Origin: Cyanophora paradoxa CCMP329 | Taxonomy: Eukaryota > Plantae > Glaucophyta | Assembly (NCBI GenBank): GCA_004431415.1 | Contig: QPMI01000697.1 | Location: forward strand, 1-58,364 | DNA length: 58,364 nt | Direction: 5' to 3' | Shown here: positions 23,694-33,462 of the stretch, piece by piece | Position numbering within the stretch: the first letter of the stretch is position 1 | How the letters are laid out: every line of letters begins with the position of its first letter | Notes under the pieces: generated by a model | The model's database searches: none | What the model saw: only the letters and a program-made list of their open reading frames with translations | What the model was told of the DNA's origin: nothing | Translations under genes and position numbers: made by a program

Positions 23694-23966
23694 ATGGATA
23701 GTAAAACAAAAAAGTTTATTGATGCTGCTATGACAGTTCATGGTAAAGATAAATTCGATTACAGTGAGACACATTACATCAAAGCTCAAGAGAAAGTATC
23801 TGTTAGATGTTTGCAGTGTAACAAGGTGATCCTTACATATCCCTTTAATCATGTGAAGGGATCAGGTTGTAGGGAATGCAACAAAAAGCATTCTCAGGCT
23901 TACAGGAAAAGGGCTACTTCATCAATCAAAGTAGAGTACAGGGATATTTGCATTAGGTTCGATTAG
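23694..23966 (+). CDS. Zn-ribbon protein (DUF723-like, homing-endonuclease-associated domain)
   Basis: FIDAAMTVHGKDKFDYS..KVSVRC..C..NHVKGSGCREC; no nuclease domain follows. Confidence 0.7.
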   Translation: MDSKTKKFIDAAMTVHGKDKFDYSETHYIKAQEKVSVRCLQCNKVILTYPFNHVKGSGCRECNKKHSQAYRKRATSSIKVEYRDICIRFD

Positions 23967-23995
23967 GATTAATTAATTTTTCTAAGGTATTCTTA

Positions 23996-24394
23996 ATGGA
24001 GACTAAATACAGAGGCTTTCATGTAATGCTTGATTACAAGGCTAAAACAGCTATAGCAACAGGTTATGAGCATGTTAGCTTTCTTGGTAATTGGATTATG
24101 AGAACCCTTGAACAAGCAATATTGAGACAAGGTATTAGGATTGTTCATAAACACTGTGAGATATTTGATGGGAAACTATCACCTCCTGGTTTTGCATTGG
24201 TTCTGCTATTAGATGAAAGCCATTGTACAGCTCATTGTTATTCCAATGAAGGCATGTTAGCAATTGATATATTCAGTTGTGGTAAAGAAGCTCAGCATAA
24301 AACACAAGCAGTAGCAGATGAGATCGATAAAACAATGAATTTCCTCACATTTGAGAAGACTGAGAGACATAAACATGATAGATTCCCGTTTTAA
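23996..24394 (+). CDS. speD: S-adenosylmethionine decarboxylase proenzyme (short prokaryotic/viral type)
   Basis: G.H..LD at the N-terminus, PPGFALVLLLDESHCTAH with the E-S self-cleavage site, AIDIFSCG. Confidence 0.9.
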   Translation: METKYRGFHVMLDYKAKTAIATGYEHVSFLGNWIMRTLEQAILRQGIRIVHKHCEIFDGKLSPPGFALVLLLDESHCTAHCYSNEGMLAIDIFSCGKEAQHKTQAVADEIDKTMNFLTFEKTERHKHDRFPF

Positions 24395-24822
24395 TGGGTT
24401 TCTATAATGATAATCAGGGTGATTTACCTTTTTTATTACAATAGCTTTCTACAATGATTATTTTCCGGATTCCGGACATTTTTTACAGTAGACATTCTAC
24501 TGTATGATGTAGCCGAAATATGAATGCACCCTACACATTCAAGTGTAAGATTTCGAATAATGTTCGATTTCCTTACACTAAAACTCAGCATCTGCCCAAG
24601 ATTCCCCCTATAATTAAAGTGGCCTCAAGGTTGACTCATATTAATCGATAGTATATGGATTTTGTTACGAATTCAATGCAAGGGTTGACTAAGTGGGTTG
24701 AGTTGACTCAAATTTCACAGGAAATAACAATGAATCAGAGTATAAAATGCATTTTTTGAATCAACTACACCAACTAACACTGAGATTTTCACAATATATG
24801 AGGTCCTTACTGAATATGGTTT

Positions 24823-24925
24823 GTGTCACAGGTGTCACAGGTCTATCCCGTGGATTTTAAAAATCAATTTCTCACTAGGACTTTCCTTGGGATTGACCTG
24901 TGACACCTGTGACACCTGTGACACC
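24823..24925. promoter_or_regulatory. Candidate iteron-type origin, copy 2
   Basis: Two inverted plus three direct ACCTGTGAC units; the core is the reverse complement of the copy-1 core. Confidence 0.6.
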
Positions 24926-25167
24926 CAAATTCCTAAGGGTCCCCCCTTAGACTCAACAAAACAATGATAAAATCATATAAGTTTCATGTATAATTACGAT
25001 TGAATTCAATAAGAGATCTATTTGTTAATATAAACAAATGAATCATTTATGGATCTTAATCGAGTTTAGCGATATGTTTCCGATTAAATGAATTAAATTT
25101 AATTAAATTTAATCGAGAAAGTACATGAATATAATATCGATTAAATCAATTAACTTTTAGACCAATC

Positions 25168-25450
25168 ACACATAGTAAAATGCGGAGTTTTAACCAGAGG
25201 CAAGATCTAATTGAGATTCAGTTATATTATTCGGAAATATATACAGATTATCGATTAACTCAGTAAGACTAATCGGAAAATAAGAGAAATTTACGATAAA
25301 ATATCAAAAAGAATACAAAATAATCGAAATAATTGAATATTCGATAAGATATACACAGATTATCGATTGATTGAAATAGAATATACGAGATATATCAACA
25401 AAATCAATTAAGATAAGCCGAGGGTTAAAACTCCGCATTTTACTATGTGT
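25168..25450. repeat. Right terminus: perfect 28-bp inverted repeat (25168-25195 / 25423-25450)
   Basis: ACACATAGTAAAATGCGGAGTTTTAACC and its exact reverse complement; host-like composition starts immediately afterwards. Confidence 0.8.
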
Positions 25451-25739
25451 AGTAGCATTCGACGTTTGCTCGCCGAAATAGTGGTTGGCATTTTCGGAAT
25501 CTCTGTTCGTGGAAAAGCGGAATTAATTTTGCGCCCGGAGACCGATACGTAAACGTATATGCATTTCGAATTCGGCAATAGAATGCGCACTGAACCGGAT
25601 TTCTGTGGCAGAGAAGATTTCCGCTTCTTCGGCCAGGACGCTGGATCCGCTCACAGGATCTATAATCGAGATCTGGATCGGCGCTCCACGCTGCAAAGAA
25701 TAAATCGATCAGAAGACGTCACCGCGCATGGGCAGCTAG

Positions 25740-28700
25740 CTTGCAATTGTACACGTATCAGCGCGCTCACGACTAAATTGTTGCCCTGAATCGTCACGAA
25801 ACCGCTTGAGCCCGTCTGCGTCAGAAATAGAAATATTAGATTCTGCTGTTTGCTGTGTACATGTACATGTCGTGGAGTTTGGACTCTCCAGCTGGCTAAG
25901 CTTGGAAAAAATAACGATGGTGGCACACAGTGGGGGTTGTCACGATGGGATTTGCAAGGGAGACCCTGTAGGATCCATCGTTGCGTTGCTCGCCGCCTGT
26001 GACATTGAACTGAAGGAATTCGAATGCGGAAAATCGCGTGATGGTGATATCATAACTATTAATTGCGTGATCATGAGCCGCAAGGAAGTGTTAAAAAAGC
26101 ACCGCAAAGCCGTTGACGACGATTGCAACAAGTGGCAGCCGAGGCTGGTGCAATTGTGCGCTTCAGAGGTATATATATCGATGAGCTGAAAGAGCACTAG
26201 CTATAGTGTCGAGATAGATTCAATTAGGGTTCCGCACCAGATTAAAGAAGCTAGTCGTGTTCGTCGAGACGGTACCAGCGCCATTGCCGGGCGTACCGTT
26301 GCTGGATGTGCCGTTGCCGGCCGCGGGCGTGCCGTTGCCGGCCGGGGGCGTGTCGTTGCCGATCGTGCTGTTGGAACTTGAGTTTGCGCTCGAATCCGTC
26401 GCGTTCTTCGTCTCGCATGAACAATTGCAGTGAGATGTCGCTGCCCTGACTTCAATTGCGGTGCTGTTGGCGAGTGTCGAGCCGCTGTCCTTTGCTGTGC
26501 ACGTGTACGTCCCCGCGGCTCCGAGCACCACCTGCCCCGGCGATAATACACGACACAGAGAAAATGATATCAAAAAGCAGTTGAATAGAGGGAATCGCTC
26601 TGTTCTAGGGGGCCATCGATATCCCACCGTGAAGACTTGTCCGGAGCTCGCGGCGGAAGCCATCGAAGGAGAGATAGAAGACGCGGAAGTTGTCCCGTCC
26701 GCACACGAGAGCGTGACGTTTCCGACGGCGCCGACGTAGTTCACCGCCACTTCGGCCCGGGCGCTTCCGCCGCTCAGCTCCACCAAAGTTGGTGAGGGGG
26801 AGATCGACATGCTGGGCGGCACGACGTAGATGGTGGCAGTCCCCTTCGTGGCGCCGTCGTCTGCAGTCGCGGTGCAGGTGTACGCGCCAGCCGCGTTAAA
26901 CACCACCTGCTCGGTGGAGCCCGTGTGCGGTGCATGAGCAGAGGAGAGCAATGCAATGATCATGATCCAAGCGTGAAGGATCACCGTGAAGTTTTGTCCG
27001 TTCGAAGCGGCATTCGGGGGCGAGAGCGAAGCCGGTGCAGGTGCGCAAGACACGCTGGCGCTGCTGAACCCAAAGAAGTAAACCTCGAACGTCGCGGAAA
27101 CCGTGCTGGCGCCGAAGGGGAGAACAATAGGGTTTCCAGACAGGCGACCCAATTCCACGGACGGCTCGCATGTGGGGCTAGCAAAGCACTGTGTGTTAAC
27201 TGCAATAGGACATGCATGCTCATGATCAGCGATCAAGATCAGAAATAAACGAATTTGCATGTCTTAAGCTTGTTTTCTTGCAGGTAGCTGTGCGCACTCC
27301 CTTCGTGCTCGGTCACGAACAAGTCCTTCGAGTATGTCGGCGACGAGCCAGCAACAATTTGGGTGCCACTGAAGAGAACAGCTTTCGAGGTGGAGTTAAT
27401 GGCGACGCTAGCTCCACCTGCCACCGTTGGGGACCGGTGTCAAGGAAGCGTTAAGATGTAAAATGCCAGATCGGAAGGCTCACCGTAGATATTAATATTG
27501 TCCCCAACGGACGTCAGACGCGAGAACGGAGTCGCTCCCGGGACTCCAACGCAATCTTTGCAGGAGCAGCGACAAATAAATTCGAAGCTCTCAAAAGCGC
27601 GTGGGAAATTAGAATTCGAATGGAAATTATCATATGCATGCGCACGCGGCTTGAATATCCAAGCCCCAGGCGCGATGCTCTTGCTATCGTTTGAGGCTCC
27701 GCCGACAATGATCTGATCATGATCATGAGTTGGCGCAAATCAGCACTGCAGGTGACTGATGGTTATCAATATATATTTGGTGATCATTATGGGAATATAC
27801 AAGGAATATACAAGCGTATGGGCTTGCCAGCACGCACAAACATAGTCTTGTTGTTTTCCGTCACCTGCCAGCTCCTGCGAATAAATATGTAAGCAGATAT
27901 ATCGATATAGACACACGGTCCGATCCTCAGATGCAGTTCATATGCCCTCCAGGTACCACGAAGTGTGGCGGCTGGAAGGCTGCTGTTCCGTGCGGAGGGA
28001 TGCCAGGGGGATCCACTTGGGATCGGAAGAATCAAGGTCGACGTATCTGTTGTCCATGAATATGAACACGCGTTCCCGATAACAGAATATTGTCTTCAGA
28101 GCGCGAAGTGCAGAATATTAATCGCAACGCACGCAGCGGCTGTGCCGTCTGGATCCGCTCCCGCGCCGTCGCATCCGGTCTTGAAAGAGCCGCCAAACGT
28201 GTACCTGATTCGAAAGCGTGTGCGATATCGATGTGTCAAATGTTCCCCAGGTAAAAGCAATAAGTGTGACAATTACCGACATCGACGCACAATTTCGACC
28301 CAGCAAGGGCGCAAACCGGCGCAAACCGCGGCCGCGGGTCCCGGGCGCATGAAGATTTTATTAGTGTGGTCCAGGCCAGCGTGTTCAGGTCAAACTGCTT
28401 CAAATCTAGGTGCACGTGTAGTGGAATTAATTGATGTTAGTAATGCACGATCGCTATAGCTATAGCGTGGGGGCCTCACCGTTGTAGAAATCGGTCCCGT
28501 CTGTGCCACCAGTGGAGTAAAGTGCGTCCTTATAGATCACCTGGTTCATTGGTCACAAAAGAAAATAGTCATGATCAATATGATTGGTCGGATTGCAGCC
28601 GTGAAAGGATGCGATTCTCTGTTCTCCCCACCACAGCTAAAGTCCGGTATTCAACGACGCAAATTAGCATACCATGCAGTGCCCGGACCGGCGCTCGTCT

Positions 28701-29600
28701 CCATCTTGGTGAATTACGCGTGGAATCAAGGAACCCTCCAGATGGGCTTTCCACGCGATGGTCGCCGGGGACGGGGATTTGCTTGCGTCGTGCAGTCCTG
28801 CGTCGGAGTTGAAGCTCAAGCAAGCAAATTATTTCAGTTGCTCCGCTCTTTTTCTAATTATGTAATAGCACAGCCGTGCCAACCGAACCTCCATGCGTAT
28901 AAATCCAGCCGAAAGGATTGTCGGAAGTGGAAGAACTTGGCTCGTGAAGCACGGCCGCATCTTTCTGCGGGCAAACCCGTTACTCTGCATCATGGCATCC
29001 TCAAACTCATTCACACGACGTTGACTTACTGACTTAAAGAAGGCGCTCGCGAAGGAATTTTGAGGGTTGGGCTGCAGTGCATTCCACGATTTCACCGAGG
29101 TATCCTCAAGCATGGATAAGTCCACGCTGGTGGAATAGAAGCCGCCAGAAGTGTTGCTGTCGTTGGTACCGGTGTATCCGCCCTGCGCATGAACATGCGC
29201 ATGTCTCGGCAAAAGCCGCTGCGGCCGTCACCGGAGCACGCACGAATGCGACGATCCAGGTTCCCAAGAGATCCGACAAGTCCAAGCCAAGCTCTGTTAA
29301 ATCGTCCGTGTCGAAATTTCCTAGCATTGAGTTGGTCACTGTTACAATGACTGCCTGACTCCCCGGCGATGTGCATGCCCCAAAGTCAGAGCTCGAGGAT
29401 CCGGAAGCTGCAGGACCTTAAATATATACTGCTCACCTGACGGTGAAGCTCTGCTGCGACGGGGCCCTTGTTTGGCTTCAAAGTTGACCGGAGCGTGCCG
29501 CATCCCGCCGAGGCGTGCAGCAAGACGATGAGCGCAACATGTACTAGCAGCTGCTTGCCATGGGCGTGCCGGAGACCGCGGCTTTGCTGGGCCATCGAAA
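25740..29600 (-). CDS. Host multi-exon gene(s), probable secreted glycoprotein with Ig-like repeats
   Basis: Repeated S..P..A.S.GQ.FTV / QVV..AAG.YTCTA exons, an NGT-rich linker and short introns. Boundaries uncertain. Confidence 0.45.
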
Positions 29601-29849
29601 TTAATCGGTGTATAATTTATCGACGCGCCCTCACTGGGCCTTCGATTCAACTGCAGGCAGGCCGATCGCGAGGCGACAGCTGCAGCTGGCTCGGCTAATG
29701 ACTCGGGAGTAATGAGCGGCTGCCGCGGTGCTGCGCGTACGGTGTGTCTGCTTGACGCGCACTGCGGCGTACGTCGATGTCGAGTCCCCGACGACGAACC
29801 GTGCACCCTGCCAGGCTAGTACCGGTAGATAGCGCTACGGTAGCCTATA

Positions 29850-30096
29850 CTGTAAACGTACGAATATCCGCCGGCACTTTAATAATACTAATTCGCCAGA
29901 ACCCGGAAATCCTGGCGAAAATTAATCCGCCAGCGTCTTGATTTCTCCACTCCGCGACTTCGCCATAGATCGGTCAGCCGCGGGTACCCCTCTCTCCATA
30001 CAAAGGCTTAATTCGCCAGCGTCAAATATTCGCCAGCGCGAGGGTCTGGCGAATATAGTCGAAATTAAACGCTGGCGGATATTCGTACGTTTACAA
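29850..30096. mobile_element. MITE, Tc1/mariner-like (TA target duplication)
   Basis: 22-bp perfect TIR TGTAAACGTACGAATATCCGCC, TA on both sides, internal TTCGCCAG repeats. Confidence 0.85.
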
Positions 30097-31662
30097 TATA
30101 TATAGGCACTTCCCGAATCCAGCCAAACTTCGAAACTTCCTACGGAATTCGAAGTTCCGAAGTTGCAGGCTTCCAGCCTCAGGCAGCCTGCCAGGCTGCA
30201 GCTGGCTCAACTGCTGCGGTACCAGTATTTCGCTCAACGGAGGGCCGGGTTGTATACAGTATATGTACAGCTGCTGCTGAGCTGCATGCTGCAGGCTGCA
30301 GCGCGTTGATTGAACAAGTAATGCCGCGGTAATTTAGTGCCCGACGGTACCGGGTAGCATGCCGCCCGGCCGAGTCATTGCAATTGCCGATCTTGAACTT
30401 GCCAATTGCAAGTTGGCTTGAGGCTTCATCAAAGTACCGGTAGCGCGGCTACTACTAGCCAACTAGTGGCGTCGTACTACGGTACGGCAGTGTATCGGCA
30501 CGAGCGGCGACAAGCCGCACGGTAGTGACGGTACAGGGCCTTACTACAAAAAAAGTTACATCACGTAGTACCGCGTACCTGTACCATTTCTCGAAAGCAA
30601 TATATACAATACCTGGTATTATGCGGCTTTTCTTATGCCATATGCATGCATATGTCTGGTTCAGTATACGTAATAGTACTACGGTACCGACTTACCGGTA
30701 CCGATCGCGAACTGGTACGGTATACCGAAATTTGACGTCGACTTATTGAGTTCACAAAAAATAAACTAGCTGATCAAATTCGATCAAATTCGAAGCGAGA
30801 GTCTGCGAGACTAGTCCATAAATTAAATCGATCAAATTCGAAGCTGATCATGAATCATGACTCACACAGTGATTCATGAGCCGCTGCAGCTGAGCGGCTG
30901 ATCGAAGCCTTGACTCAGGCCGAAAACCGGATGAACTTAAACTTGGTACTTTTCCAAGTCTCTTTCCGAACTCGGGACTTGAGTGTTCGGGTATTTGCCG
31001 GGTCCTAGCATGTCAGGAGGAGACTTGAAAAGTTGAAGCAAAGACCCTCAACCGGTTCGAGCTTTTCTGCCGGGAGAGCTTCGGTCAGCATGCAAGTGTC
31101 TCTGATTGGCTGCAAATGCAGCGCACTAGTACTACCCCCCCAGCAGCCAGCTTGCAGGGAGCAACGCACCGCGATATCGATCGATGGAGGGCGATGCGTC
31201 TAGCGCGGCAGTAGCGCCCCGCCGCCGCTCAGCGTGGAGCAGCGCAAGCGGCTGCTGGTCATCTTAGTGCTGCGACGCGGTTACTATGGCAACCGCCGCT
31301 TGAACCGCGTCACAGGCCCAACTACCGAAGCGACCAAGTGCCAAAAAAATGATGTCATGGCCCCTTCGGTAGTTGGCAAGTACCGGCTCTTTGCAATTGT
31401 GGGACTTGAGAAAGTACCATCTTTTCGTCATCCGGTTTTCGGCCTCAGTGAAGGGCGCGCGGCGGCGCCGCGGCGGCGGCACGTGCACCGCCGGGTCCGC
31501 CGCGGCCGCGCGCGCGCCGCGGCGCGGCGTACTGGTACTGTATACGGTCACCGCCGGGCCGGGTAGGCAGTGAACTAGGCACACTGCACACTGCCAGCCT
31601 GGCAGGCAGCTGCAGGCTCAGCGGCTACCTTTAGCGGCGTTGGCTAGTTGCAATTGGCTATA

Positions 31663-31905
31663 CCGTAATGCAGAATATTAAGGTCTGTACTTTATTATGT
31701 CGTCCCGAAATTATGTCGCCTCGGAAGTGAGATAACGACATAATTTGGGACCGTCATAGTAGGGCACGCTCACTGCCAGAGTCACTGGTACCCCAGCAAA
31801 TTTACCGTCCCATACAAGCCTGTAACTTTCATGCCGACATAATTTGGGGACGTCATATTTCGCATAACGACATAAATTTGCATGACATAATATTGTGTAT
31901 TACGG
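31663..31905. mobile_element. MITE family B, copy 1 (TA|CCGT ends, pogo/Tc1-like)
   Basis: TIR CCGTAATGCAGAATATTA matches the right end at 16/18; internal CGACATAATTT repeats. Confidence 0.8.
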
Positions 31906-33462
31906 TAGTACTAGTAGTAGCCGCCGTACGCTTTTAGTACGCGGTACTCCGGGAAAAAATCCCGGCGCATCGTCACTCTCAGTCTAGATCACCCATCGTG
32001 TACTGGGATCCGGGCCATCATCCGGCCCATCATCCGCCTGACAATGGCTGACCGTCGGACATCCGAGGCCCAGGGCAGGCCCTGGGGACTCGGCGGGGTC
32101 CGGGGAGCATCGGCTGCTGAACTTCGGCGGTGAGAGTGGTACCAGGGAGCATCGGGCGATTCGGGCCATCAATGGCCCATCATCCCGGCCTGGGCCGGCC
32201 AATATTCAATGATTAATGCTGCGGCCATCGGCCGCGGAGATCGAACGTTAACTGCGCGCGGGGCCGCCGCAGCCCGCGGCGCAGGCCGCGCAGCGCCCCG
32301 CGCTCCGGGCCTCCGGCACTGGACGCCGACCGGCAGCCTCCGAGTACTAGTACGTCCCCGTCCGACGGTCGACTCTAGATCTCCGACTCTCAGAGTCTAC
32401 CGGTAGCCTCCCGCGGCTCCGAGGCTCTCGGGCCGACTTACAGTATGCATGCATACTAGTATGCATGATGCATCCAGGCGCCCGGCGGCCGGCTCTGAGC
32501 CTCTGATCATGATTCATGAATCATGATATGATACTGGTACTGGGTACTACGTATACTGGCCCGTGGTATGTCGACGTCGACAGACTCGACACTACTGTAT
32601 GATAGTCCACTTAGACCGTCGGACATTGAAGTTAGACTCCACTAGTGGAATACTCAATTGCAACATGTTGACGTGGACTCAGCGATACTGAAGTAGTGCA
32701 CTTCCTGATTCAGATCATGACTGTATTTTGGACTCAAGTAAGTTTGGAGTCCAGCAGCTCCAGGCTCCAGCCTCCACGCTCCAGCAGCTGCGCTAGTTTA
32801 CACTGTGTCACAGTGTGACGGTAGTTCCGAAATTCAGCCGCCAGCCGCTGAGCTGCACAGCAGCACAGGCTTAGGCTGCACAGCGGCACATCGAACGTCG
32901 ACTCCCGTCCCGGCCCGAGCCGACGTCCGAGTCCCGGGAGGTCCACGTCCGATCGCGAGGATCGGCGCGCGCGGCATCGAAATATTAGAAAGGAAGGCGG
33001 ACGAGCCAAATCACAATTCGCGGTGGACGAGCCACATGCATGCCGCCGAGCCAGAGATTGAGCTGCAGCCAAATATGTACGCGCAAGTCACCATAGATAC
33101 GCACAATCCTGTCCAGCTGCAGTCGAATTCAAAGGACGCACACGCGCAATTCGCAACTCTCGGAGGTACCGGTGCCGCAAATTTAAACGGCGACGCCAAG
33201 GCATAGTTTTGCATGCGTATAAGAATGCGCATCCATCTTATCACGCGTACGGTTTGTACAGGATCCGGATACAAAGGAGATGCATATGCGTCCGTGTTCA
33301 TCCAATTCCGTTCGCCCTTCACTTCGTTTCCATTTGTATTTGTGCATGCGCATTGCGCTTACGCTATAGCTAACTACAACGCCATCTTCAATTTGCTGTC
33401 GCAGAGAAGTCCGCTCGTTTTCTAAAGATCATGGCAATGTAGGCAAATAATTATAAACCGCC

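Larger units (their letters stand above)
1..25450. mobile_element. Endogenous Polinton-like virus (Maverick/PLV type), left end outside window
   Basis: Intronless, gene-dense, AT-rich block with integrase, pPolB, D5 helicase, A32 ATPase, MCP and two pentons. Abrupt switch to GC/CpG-rich, intron-containing host DNA at ~25,450. No cysteine protease recognised in the visible part. Confidence 0.93.

Noticed and set aside
1-25450. Bacterial prophage or contamination
   Set aside because: Core genes are Polinton-like, and the block joins intron-containing eukaryotic DNA at a structured terminus. A chimeric join cannot be fully excluded without reads.
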